From an uncultured Planctomycetaceae bacterium (GTDB taxonomy: Bacteria > Planctomycetota > Planctomycetia > Gemmatales > Gemmataceae), in assembly GCA_963763045.1 (NCBI GenBank), contig CAVXNL010000019.1, positions 29,788 to 93,787 of the forward strand: a stretch of 64,000 nucleotides of DNA, read 5' to 3'. The notes beneath the pieces were generated by a model. The model was not told the DNA's origin, did no database searches, and saw only the letters and a list, made by a program, of their open reading frames with translations. Within the stretch, counting starts at the first letter, position 1. Each line of letters opens with the position of its first letter. Below are positions 12,024 through 21,681 of the stretch, piece by piece. A program made the translations under genes and the position numbers.

Positions 12024-12297
12024 TGTCGATCAGTCCTTTCCAGAAGAAGCAGAGGATGGGTGCCGCGTCGCCCCGTTGTCCTCTGTCGTGTGGCGGCGGA
12101 TGGGTCCGTCGGAATGGGCGAAAGATTAGGGATACTCACCTTTCTCATTATATCCGGACGGCACCGTGAGCATATTGTGCCGGACTTCCCGATTGAGTCA
12201 ACCCGGAATGCTGGGAGGGCGGTCGAGCCGAGTTCGTGGGGCAGGCATTCTTGCCTGCCGCGGCAGACAGGAATGTCTGCCCCACACCAGAGCCGTC

Positions 12298-13587
12298 TCA
12301 GCCGCGGACGGACGCCGGTTTGAGCACGAACAGGACGGCCGGTCCTTCCGGGTTCGTCTTGAATTCCGTCGGACGATCGTGTCCGGCCGGCGCCAGACAG
12401 ATGGTGAGCGTGCCCTTGTCCAGATGATAGATTCCGGAGGAGCGCTTCGCTCCCTCGACGAGCACGTCGATCGTCTTCGGTGCCTGAGAGGGACCGAGTT
12501 TGAAGGTCGCGGTGGTCGGGGTGCCGTCGTCAGCGGTTGAAGCGAACCGCGTGCGCAGCGTGTCGGCTTTGAACGTCACGACCTGATCGCACAGTTCGGG
12601 AATCAGGGGAACGGCGCGGCCGTCCGTCTCCAGAGACACCACGTCCCAGGTTCCCTGAAGACGCTCCTCGTCGGTCGGCGGAACGCGGTTCGTCCGCAGT
12701 TCTGCCGACGGAGCGGCTAGATTCTCTGGTGCGGGAGCGCGCGTGGTGAGGACCCCGGTCCCGAGAACGACCGCGACGATCAGCGAAGCGAGCGCCGCCA
12801 CCTTGTTCAGCAGCAGCGATTTGAGAGCCGCGTCCATCAGAGCCGCCACGGAAGCCGGAACAACTCCCGCACCGGCCGCCAGCAGGACCGCGGTCTTGGT
12901 CGTGGCCGCGGCTAACCCGGCCGGCACCGCCGCGGCAGCGGCGTGTGCGGTCAGGGCCGCGCCCAGAGCCACCGACGAAAGCGTGACGCCGCGCCGGCCG
13001 AGTCGCTTCGCCAGCATCCGCCGTCCCCGGTTCAGCCGGCTCGACAAGGTTCCCTCGGGCACGCCGAGCTGCCGGGCCACGTCCTTGCGCGACCGACCTT
13101 CCACGTCGCACAGAACCACGGGCGTGCGGTACACGTCCGGCAGCTTGTTCAGTTCCTGGTCGAGGAGGGGTTGCAGATCCAGCCAGACGTCCTGCTCGGC
13201 CACCATGGGTTGGGGCATGTCTTCCACCTGCTTCTCGATCGCCCGTCGTCGCAAGCGCACGGCACGGGCCTTGAGGGCGGTCCGGTAAGCGACGCCGTAC
13301 AAGAAGTTGCCGACCATGTCGCGCGGTCGAATGTCGTCAGCCTTGCGGGCCAGGACGAAGAATGTGGCCTGAAAGGCGTCGTCCGCGTCGTGGTGATCGC
13401 CGACGACGCGCCGGCAGACGCCTTGTACCATCGGCCCGTGACGGCGCACCAGGGCGGCGAACGCAGCCTCATCCCGGCGGGTGATGAAACCCTCCAGGAG
13501 CTGCCCGTCCGTCGCCGTGTCCGGGTCAAGGGACAGGGCGAGCCGGTGCAAATGATCGACAACCTTGCTCATCGGGCCGGACGCCAT
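12298..13587 (-). CDS. ECF-type RNA polymerase sigma-70 factor fused to a TM segment and a C-terminal TIGR03067 (Planctomycetes-specific) domain
   Basis: Region 2/4 motifs (FVLARKADDIRP, VVLCDVEGRSRKDVARQLGVPEGTLSSRLNRGRRML), an Ala-rich TM, then QGTWDVVSLETDGRAVP...GIYHLDKGTLTICLAPAG typical of TIGR03067. Intact 429-aa ORF. Confidence 0.8.
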   Translation of the reverse strand: MASGPMSKVVDHLHRLALSLDPDTATDGQLLEGFITRRDEAAFAALVRRHGPMVQGVCRRVVGDHHDADDAFQATFFVLARKADDIRPRDMVGNFLYGVAYRTALKARAVRLRRRAIEKQVEDMPQPMVAEQDVWLDLQPLLDQELNKLPDVYRTPVVLCDVEGRSRKDVARQLGVPEGTLSSRLNRGRRMLAKRLGRRGVTLSSVALGAALTAHAAAAAVPAGLAAATTKTAVLLAAGAGVVPASVAALMDAALKSLLLNKVAALASLIVAVVLGTGVLTTRAPAPENLAAPSAELRTNRVPPTDEERLQGTWDVVSLETDGRAVPLIPELCDQVVTFKADTLRTRFASTADDGTPTTATFKLGPSQAPKTIDVLVEGAKRSSGIYHLDKGTLTICLAPAGHDRPTEFKTNPEGPAVLFVLKPASVRG

Positions 13588-13879
13588 GGCGTGCGGTCTC
13601 CTGGCCGTCGGTGCCGCGCCTCTGATCTTATTATTGCCCGGTTAGGGACCGGCGCGTCCCAGTATTCTGACAACCGGACGGTCGTCCTACCAGCCCGAAG
13701 CACGCGAAGAGATCTGCTCGGCGAATCGCAAGCGGCCAAGTAGCATGTCGGGTTGTGCGACTACGGTGCTGCCGCGCCTTGCCCCTGTTTCTCCTACGGG
13801 GTCGCCGTAGAATACAACGATCCCGACAACACAGACCGGTGACGATCTCGATCGGTCAAACGCGGACGGAGAGTTTCTC

Positions 13880-14269
13880 GTGGCGAAAAAACGGCGGGGA
13901 CCGGCCGGAGCAAAGGTAGCAGGGACCAGAATCCGCCGACCGAAGTCAAATGCTGTTGACGTGGAAGAGCAGATTCTTCAGGCAGCCACTCTTCACTTGA
14001 TTACCAAACACGGAGGGCTCTTCGTTGCCACTGGCCTGCGTCAGCTTCGAGCCAGGGGAAGCCCTCTCTGGATCATCACGGTGACCATGCGCTATCCGAC
14101 TGGGTTTGCGGGCTATGTCGGTGACCTTCTGTACGATGGGGAGAACTTCACGCTGCTAACCGAGCAAGCGGTTATCGACGAGCGGGTACGGCAAATTGCC
14201 GCTGATCCGGAAGGGATTCGTCAATGGAATGAAGATCGAGCTTCCACTCTACGGCCAGGAAAAGCGTAA
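13880..14269 (+). CDS. hypothetical protein (129 aa), locally lower GC
   Basis: ATG ORF in an otherwise gene-free gap with a basic N-terminus. No identifiable domain. Confidence 0.3.
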   Translation: MAKKRRGPAGAKVAGTRIRRPKSNAVDVEEQILQAATLHLITKHGGLFVATGLRQLRARGSPLWIITVTMRYPTGFAGYVGDLLYDGENFTLLTEQAVIDERVRQIAADPEGIRQWNEDRASTLRPGKA

Positions 14270-14600
14270 CACCTGTGCTCTGGGATGTCTCTCGCCTGGA
14301 CGCGCGAAACCGATCTTGCCGCGGCGATTCGGTTATTATTCTATGTCGCTCCTAACGCAAACAGATCACCGCACGCTTATCGTCTCCGTGGATAGCGTCC
14401 TCTGACTCTCCGCAACGGCTACTTCGCCGCGCTTCGTTTTTCAACGCCGGGTAATCCTTACGCTTCCGGCAACGGTGCCGCGCAACGCCGCGCGACAGCG
14501 GGGTAACTGCTCCAGGCGTCGTTGTCGAGTGATGCGGCTCCTGCTACACTTTTCTCACGACCTTCGTGCCCTGATTCCTTTCACCCGCGCGAGGTAAACC

Positions 14601-15872
14601 ATGACGATCCGCTCGTTTTCCCTCTGTTTCCTGTGCGCCTGTGTGCTGTCTCCGCCGGCCCGCGGCGACGACTGGCCGCAATGGCGCGGGCCCGAGCGCA
14701 CGGGTCTATCGAAAGAAACCGGCCTGCTCAAAGAGTGGCCCAAGGGCGGCCCGAAGCTGCTCTGGGAGCGAAAAGACATCGGCGGCGGTTATTCGACCCC
14801 CGTCAACGTCGGCGACCGCGTCTACCTGATGGTCGACCGCAAGGGCGAAGAGTTCGTCCTCGCCCTCGCCGTCAAGGATGGGGCGGAGATCTGGGCGACC
14901 CGAGTCGGCAAGGTCGGCGCCAACACCGGCCCGCAGTATCCCGGTGCCCGCTCGACGCCAACGGTGGACGGCGACCGCATCTATGCCCTCGGCTCCGACG
15001 GCAACCTTGCCTCCCTGGACAAAGCCACGGGCAAGGTGATCTGGTCGAAAAACCTGAAAAAGGAGTTCGACGGTGTTCCGGGGATGTGGGCCTACTCCGA
15101 GTCGGTCCTGATCGACGGCGATCTCGTCGTCTGCACTCCAGGCGGCAAGACCGCGACACTCGTCGCGCTGAAGAAGACGGACGGCGACAAGGTCTGGACA
15201 TGTGCCGTGCCCGACGGAAATACAGCGGGCTACGCCTCGCCCATCGCCGTCGAGGTGAGCGGCGTTCGCCAGTACGTGCAATTCCTGGGCAGCGGCGTGG
15301 TCGGCGTCGAGGCGAAGACCGGCAAGTTCCTGTGGCGTTATGACAAGACGAAAGATCAGGCAGCGAACATGCCGACCCCGGTGTTCCACGACGATTGCGT
15401 GTTCACCTCGACCTCGCGCAACGGTAGCGGATTGAATCGGATCAAGGTGAGCAAGGACAAGGTGAGTTCGGAGGAGATCTACTTTAACCGGACCAAGCTG
15501 AATGGCCTCGGCGGCATTGTGCGCGTCGGCGAGTTCCTGTACAGCTCCAATGCACGGGGTGAGTTGACCTGCCTCGACTTCAAGACCGGCGAGGAAAAAT
15601 GGCATGACGCCTCGGTCGGCACGGCGTCGCTCTGTTACGCCGAGGGCATGTTGTACGTTCGCGGCCAGGGCGGCACCGGCTTCGGACCGGAGCAACCGCC
15701 GTGGGTGGCGTTGGTGGAGGCCACTCCGACGGGTTACAAGGAGCACGGCCGCTTTGAGCAACCCGATCACGGCACCCGGCCCGCGTGGCCGCACCCCGTC
15801 GTCGCCAATGGCCGACTGTATCTGCGCGACGGCAATGTGCTGCTGTGCTATGACGTCAAGGCTGAGAAGTGA
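14601..15872 (+). CDS. secreted PQQ-like beta-propeller repeat protein (BamB/PQQ enzyme-repeat family)
   Basis: Signal peptide MTIRSFSLCFLCACVLSPPARG followed by DDWPQWRGPERTG and repeated G-D-R-V/IY.. and DGxLxxLDxxTGKxxW propeller motifs. Intact 423 aa. Confidence 0.8.
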   Translation: MTIRSFSLCFLCACVLSPPARGDDWPQWRGPERTGLSKETGLLKEWPKGGPKLLWERKDIGGGYSTPVNVGDRVYLMVDRKGEEFVLALAVKDGAEIWATRVGKVGANTGPQYPGARSTPTVDGDRIYALGSDGNLASLDKATGKVIWSKNLKKEFDGVPGMWAYSESVLIDGDLVVCTPGGKTATLVALKKTDGDKVWTCAVPDGNTAGYASPIAVEVSGVRQYVQFLGSGVVGVEAKTGKFLWRYDKTKDQAANMPTPVFHDDCVFTSTSRNGSGLNRIKVSKDKVSSEEIYFNRTKLNGLGGIVRVGEFLYSSNARGELTCLDFKTGEEKWHDASVGTASLCYAEGMLYVRGQGGTGFGPEQPPWVALVEATPTGYKEHGRFEQPDHGTRPAWPHPVVANGRLYLRDGNVLLCYDVKAEK

Positions 15873-16108
15873 GACAGGCCGCACCCCAGGTAGCGCATCC
15901 GATCAACAGAGCGGGAAGAAGGAGTCGGTCGCTTAGGATCCGTCGTTACGCCGCTCTTGTTTCCATGCCGTGCGTGGGAACGAGCGGTGTGTTTCGGCCG
16001 CGCAGTTAAGGATCTTGCACGCTGAATCGACCACCCTCTTGCTTTCGATGCCCCGCAGCGCGACAATGCCCAATGTTCACCCCCTGTTCCACACAAGGAG
16101 ACGATCCC

Positions 16109-16684
16109 ATGAATCTGCTGCGGTCCCTGGCATTGTTTGGGCTGTTCGTCGTCGCCTCCGGCGCGACCGTATCGGCATTCGAGGAGAAGAAAGTGGAAAC
16201 GCCGAAGGTTGAAGAAGGCAAACCGGCTCCCGACGTCGAGCTGCCCGCCACCCAGATCGACAAGGTGCTGCCCGACAAGAAGGGTGCCAAGACGCTGAGC
16301 CTGAAGGATTTCCAGGGCAAAAAGAACGTCGTGCTGTTCTTCTACCCCGCGGCCATGACCCCAGGCTGCACCATCGAATCGTGCGGTTTCACCAAGGTCT
16401 ACGACGATTTCGCCAAGCTTGACACCGTCGTCATTGGCATCAGCACCGACACGCTGGAGAAACAGCTACAGTTCACCGAGAAGGAAAAACTCACGACGCC
16501 GCTGTTCGCGGACACCGAGAAGAAAGTGACGACGGCTTTCGGCGCCCTGAACACGAACGGTAGGGCCAAGCGCTTCACGTTCGTGATCGACAAGAAGGGA
16601 ATCGTGCGCAAGATCTACACGACCGTCAAGCCGGCCGATCACCCCGCGGAGGTGATGGCGTTCATCAAGGATAACTTGAAGTAG
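16109..16684 (+). CDS. peroxiredoxin (Bcp / AhpC-TSA family), secreted or lipid-anchored
   Basis: Signal peptide MNLLRSLALFGLFVVASGA, then VVLFFYPAAMTPGCTIESCGF with the peroxidatic Cys in the TPGC motif. Confidence 0.85.
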   Translation: MNLLRSLALFGLFVVASGATVSAFEEKKVETPKVEEGKPAPDVELPATQIDKVLPDKKGAKTLSLKDFQGKKNVVLFFYPAAMTPGCTIESCGFTKVYDDFAKLDTVVIGISTDTLEKQLQFTEKEKLTTPLFADTEKKVTTAFGALNTNGRAKRFTFVIDKKGIVRKIYTTVKPADHPAEVMAFIKDNLK

Positions 16685-16738
16685 GATGCTGGATTTACCC
16701 CGAAGGGGTTGCATAGCTCAGCCGGGGGTCGCGTACTC

Positions 16739-16778
16739 GCGCACCCCCGGCGCTGTCTGCGCACCCCCGGCACTGTCG
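16739..16778. promoter_or_regulatory. tandem ~20-bp direct repeat (GCGCACCCCCGGCRCTGTC x2) immediately upstream of the STPK start codon
   Basis: The two copies are adjacent and end 13 nt before ATG 16791. This could be an operator or translational element. Confidence 0.3.
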
Positions 16779-16790
16779 CGGGCCGCGATC

Positions 16791-18123
16791 ATGGACCCCT
16801 CCACCTCTCTCGAAAGTCGTCTCCTCGGCCAAACCATCGCCGGCCGTTATCGCCTCAACGCCGTGCAGGCCAGCGGGGCGTTCGGCACCGTCTTCCATGC
16901 GCATCAATACTTTTGCAGCCGGTTCATGCGGCCGGTCGCGGTCAAGGTCTCGCGGCAGAGCGGGCTGACCGAGGAAAACGCGCCGGGGCTGTTCGGCGAT
17001 GCCATCGTCCTGGCGCGTCTGCTCGCCGAGGGGGATCACGACCACGAAGGCCGGGCGCATCTCGTGCAAATCTTCGACATGGGACTGCTGCCCGAGCACG
17101 ACGATCGCGCCTACCTGGCGATGGAGTACGTCGATGGCTCGCCGCTCCTGTCGCACATGCGCGCGGCGGGACGGTTCAGCGTTGCCACGGGATTGCGCTT
17201 CGTCAAACAGATCTGCCGGGCGCTGTCGCTGGTCCACGCCCAGGGGGCCGTCCACCGCGATCTCAAGGCCGACAACATCCTCGTGGACCGCCGCGGCGTG
17301 GTGCGCGTCGTCGATTTCGGCTTGGCCGCGTTCGCCGACGAGCGCATCGGCTTTGTGCCGGGAGCGATGGGCACGTTCACCTACATGGCTCCGGAAACGG
17401 TTTACGGTCGATCGACGCCCGCCTCCGACGTCTACAGTCTCGGCCTCCTCCTGTACGAGTTGTTCACCGGCGGCGGCCCGCATCTGAGCGCTCCGTGGCG
17501 GAATGACGAGAAGGACGACCGCTGCGACGAGAACTATCGCATCAAGAAGTCGTTCCGCTTCGATCCCCCCTCGCAAGCGCAGAACGAGATTCGGAACGAC
17601 TACCGCTGGCTGGACGCGCTGATCCTGCGCTGTCTGGAAACGGAACCGGAGCGGCGTTTCGCGGATGCGCGGACTGCTGACGGCCATCGAAAGCTGCGAA
17701 AACGGCGAACAACTGCCTGCTCTTCCTCCGCCGGTTGACGACGACTCACCCGCGCTCTCAACGCCGCGCACCGAAGACGCGGAGCGCGACCTGCTGCTCC
17801 GAGAAACGCGGCGATTACTGGCGGCGAAGGCCTACGATCGGGTGATCGACCAACTCGACGTGCATCGACCGCCGGAATGGGCCACGCTGGACACCTTCGG
17901 CGCCCGGACTCTGCGAGCGCTGGGACAGGCCTATCTCGGGCGCGGCGACCTGACCGTGGCACGCGATTGCCTGGAGCAGCTGCGAAGCGGCCAGAAGCAG
18001 CAGGCACTGCTCCCGAAGGCAGACTATGCGCTGGCGTTATCGGACCTGTTCAAGTGCTACCGCGCCCTGGGTCAAACGGAACTCGCCAAGATGTGTCAGA
18101 ATGAGGCACGCGGGTTGTTGTGA
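16791..18123 (+). CDS. Hanks-type Ser/Thr protein kinase with C-terminal helical (TPR-like) extension; frameshift near nt 17660
   Basis: MDPST...GAFGTVFHA...VAVKV...HRDLKADNILVD...VVDFGLA...TFTYMAPE...DVYSLGLLLYELFTG. The tail (ORF 17665-18123) continues after a shift at ...ERRFAD with GQAYLGRGDLTVARDCLEQL. Confidence 0.8.
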
Positions 18124-18135
18124 TCAGGACTCTTT

Positions 18136-18258
18136 CCCCCCTCTCCTCTGTATTCAGGGGAGAGGGGTCGGGGGTGAGGGGTGAGCGACTTCACCGTGTT
18201 CTGGCTCTCACCCCTCACCCCCGACCCCTCTCCCCTGAATACAGGGGAGAGGGGGGAG
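18136..18258. repeat. G-rich palindromic repeat element, family copy B
   Basis: Same arms as copy A (…CAGGGGAGAGGGGTCGGGGGTGAGGGGTGAG) in inverted orientation around a 19-nt centre. Confidence 0.8.
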
Positions 18259-18466
18259 GATCGAGGTCTCATGTACGACCGCACCGAAGCCCCGCGCATC
18301 GCGCGCCGCCAGGCGGAAGCACTGCCCGGCCGCAATCCCCTTGAGGCCGCGCGCCGTGCCCTGGAGCGAGTGCGTCGAACGCTCGACGCGCCTTCCGTCC
18401 CGGCGTACCGTTCGATGCCGCCGCGCTTCGAGCTGCGCTCACGGATGCGCTGCCGCCCCCTCACCC

Positions 18467-18518
18467 TACCCTCTCCCCCTCAGGGGGAGAGGGTAGGGTG
18501 AGGGGGGAATCCGAGGCG
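18467..18518. repeat. shorter G-rich perfect palindrome (related element C)
   Basis: CCCCCTCACCCTACCCTCTCCCCCTCA / TGAGGGGGAGAGGGTAGGGTGAGGGGGG. Confidence 0.7.
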
Positions 18519-21309
18519 GAGCGCCTGTTCGCGCTCGGCTGGCTGCATTGGCTCGACGGTGCTTTCGTCGAGGCCGAGTCTGCACTGGTCATGGCAGTCG
18601 AAATCTATCGGCAGGCGAACGCAACCCCGCAGCTCGCCGAAGCCGCGTACTGGTTGGCACGGGTGCGGATTCGCCTCGACCGGCAGGATGCGGTCAACGG
18701 CTTCGAGACACTTCTGCGCCAACTGGGCGGCTCTCCCCAGGCGACCGTGTGGTTTGTCGATCTGCTCTGGCGCACCGGCTGGGTGGGTCGAGCCGAACAA
18801 GTGTGGAAGGCGGTGCGCGGCAACAAGCGTGTCGCCGTCTGTCCCGATGGGCCGTTGCTGGAGGCGCGCTTGCTCTTGCAGCGCGGCGAGGTCGGCGGCG
18901 CCGTCAAAGTGCTCGTCGAAGTCCAGCCGGCGAACGGCGTACACTGGGTCGAGCGCCAGTTGTTGCTGGCGTGGGCCGAAGCCGCACAGGGCAGACGCGA
19001 CAAAGCGCTCGAATTGATGCGTCGTATCGAGGAGTTGCCGTATCCACGAGCCGCACTGGCGACCTGGCGCGCAGCGCTGGAAGGCGCGTTGCCGTCGCTC
19101 GCCGACGAATCCGAACCGCTCGTGCTGCGCGACCTGAAGCGCGGCTACCGAGAACTCACGGAAGGACGCACGATGGAGGCGGTCGAGGCGTTCCGCGCGG
19201 CACAGGGGCAGCAGTCGGCTCTGCCGTTCGCGCGCTTTGCTCTCGCGCGCCTGGGATACGATAGCTTCGCCGCTCTCCTGGCCGTTCAATCGGGGCTGTT
19301 CATCGCGGTGCGCTGCCGTGTCTGGCTCGCCCTGGAGCGATTCCGGCTGCGCCAGGGCAACCCGGCCGAATGGCTGGAAACGCTGCAACACGAGAGTCGC
19401 CTTGGCTTCATCGCCGGTCCGATCGTCGAACACTATCGCCGGCTCGCGCAGCTCCTGCGCCAACCGGCGGACAGCGAAGCGTTGTGCGACCTCGTTGAGC
19501 AACAGGAGCAGTTCGAGCCAAGCGTGTACCGCAACGTCGTTCGTGCGGCGCTGGAGGTTGTCCGCCGTCTGCCGAGTGAAGAGGCCAGAGAACTGATCGC
19601 GGCGTGGGGGAGATTGGAGTGGCTCACCGCGGAGGAAGAACTGCGTTGTTCCCTCCAGCGGCAGTCACTGCAGCTGACCCTTCGGGAGACGAACGCGGCC
19701 GACCTTTTGTCCGACGAACCGCTGCTGCAACCGGCGTCGCAGTTATGGCAAGCCGCGACGGAATTAAAGGACGACGACTCCTGGCGCGAGCAGGTTCGCG
19801 CTCTGCGATCCTCGCCCCGGTTGAGGCCGCTCACCCAGGCGCTGTTATTGCAGGAGGCTGCCCAACGCGGCGACGTGACGGGAGTCGTCGCGCTGCTGGA
19901 CGAGACGGACGTCTGGCGCGGTTTTCGGCCGGCGCCGCCGGTTTTTGTGCTGCGCACGGTTCAGAGCGTGGTGCATGGTCAGCCCTCAAACGCGGGCTTG
20001 CGCCGCTCTATCGCGCGCTGGTTGCAGATCTGGGACCTTGACGCTCTGGGCCAGCCTGGCTCCTCATTGGCCGCGCTCGTCGGGCTGCTGACCGTGCCTG
20101 CCAGCCGCGCGGAAGCACCTCCTGGGATACCCATTGTCCCGTGGCTCTTCCATCAGGCGGCGCGCACACTCGGCCACGAAGACTATATCGAGGCGCTCGC
20201 CTGCGTTCGCCGAGCGGAGGAGGTCGATCCGGAATGGGCGTCGGCGGCGAGCGCCGATCTCATGCGCACGGTGTTACCCGATCTGGAGAGGCGCGCAGTC
20301 GCGCAGTCCCTCGCCGCCGCGCTTCGGGAAACAGAATCGGAAGCGGTGGAATCCGGCCGATTGCTCACGGACGTCGTGGACCTGCTTCGCCAGCATCCCG
20401 ACGGCGCTGCCATCCTCAACGCAGCGGTGCGCGGCGACCGTGATGCCGTCCGCGAGGGTCTCGCTCTGCTTCTGAATCAAGCCGATTTGCCGCCGCGTCT
20501 CGCCCATCATCTGGCGCTGATCGAAATGCGGTCCGCTCTGGCGCTGGAGGACAGGGACAACACCGCAGCCGCTGAAGCGCACTGGCGGCGTGCGTGGACC
20601 GCGTGGCTTCGCTTGCTCGCAACGCCGCCGGGAGGAGAGGGTCTGCCTGTTCCCGACGCCGCCCGGATGGTTCTCGATACGCTGCTCGCCGATCATCGCC
20701 GGCGGATCAGCGGTCTGCTGGCCCGCAACGCCGTCGATGCGGCACGGCGGTACTGGGCGCTGGTTCAGGAGTTGCCCGCGCTGGCGGCGCTCCAATCGGC
20801 ACCACTGGGTCAAGACCTGGTGGTGCGAGTCGAACGATTCCGCGATGAGCTGGCGTCGGAATACCTGGTCATGACGCGCGAGTCGATGCGCTATGGCGAC
20901 GTGCCCGAAGGTTGCGCGCGCGGATTACGAAAAGGGTCTGTCGCACCTGCGGCGTCTTCTGAGCCTGGACCGCGACAACGTGCGGCTGCTGACAGCCCTG
21001 GTCGAGGTGTGCGGCGACTGGTTCCTCGACCTCTACAACGCGGAAGATCGCGATCGACTGACGGAACAGGTGACGCGGTTCGTTCCCTTCGCGCAGCAGC
21101 TGGTTCGTCTGACGGAGGGTCGGTCCGGCGAGTTGGCTGCGCGGGCAGCGCTGTCGGAATACTTCAAGTTCCGCGGGTTCGTCGCGCCGGATCACGCCGG
21201 GAAGGCGGCACTGTACCGCGAGGCGCTGCGGTTCAACCCGGCCAATGAGAATGTGCGTGAACTGCTGCAAGGACTCGGGGAAGGATCGGCCGCCGATGAA
21301 CCGGAGTGA
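18498..21309 (+). CDS. large alpha-helical repeat (TPR-like) hypothetical protein (~930 aa); frameshift near nt 20890; GTG start or a shifted earlier start
   Basis: Continuous 916-aa Leu/Ala/Arg-rich ORF of helical repeats with a signal of real coding. After a shift at ...ESMRYG the C-terminus continues in ORF 20893-21309 (ATCPKVARADYEKGLSHLRRLLSLDRDNVRLL...). It lies immediately downstream of the STPK. Confidence 0.5.
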
Positions 21310-21375
21310 GAGGTTCGTTAGCCCGACGCGCAAGCAAGGGATTCCCTTGCTTGCGCGTCGGGCTGACGGGATGGG

Positions 21376-21681
21376 TCATCCTTCAAAACGAATGCCGACG
21401 TCATACCAGCCGTCGCCGCAGCGCTGCACGCGAACGAACTTGCCGACGACCGTGACCGCTTCCTCGACAGCCGGATCGGTCAAGCGGAGCGACACCTGAG
21501 TGCCCGGTAGGATTCGCGGCAGATACAGCCCGATCCCCGAGGAAGTCAGATCGCGGCTTTGCCCTTCCACCATGCCGCACGAATCGCCGTTGGAGAGCAG
21601 GAACGTCGTCGCGACCGGTTGCACCCACAGAATGCGCTTCTCGCGGCGCCGCTCCGACCCCCCCTGGAGTTGCGTCCTCAA
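21376..21681 (-). CDS. PilZ-domain (c-di-GMP-binding-like) small protein
   Basis: RRREKRILW is an RxxxR motif. The downstream ...NGDSCGMVEG...GIGLYLP...GKFVRVQRCGDGWYDVGIRFE resembles a PilZ beta-barrel. Its start overlaps the stop of the upstream pseudokinase gene (ATGA). Confidence 0.55.
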   Translation of the reverse strand: MRTQLQGGSERRREKRILWVQPVATTFLLSNGDSCGMVEGQSRDLTSSGIGLYLPRILPGTQVSLRLTDPAVEEAVTVVGKFVRVQRCGDGWYDVGIRFEG

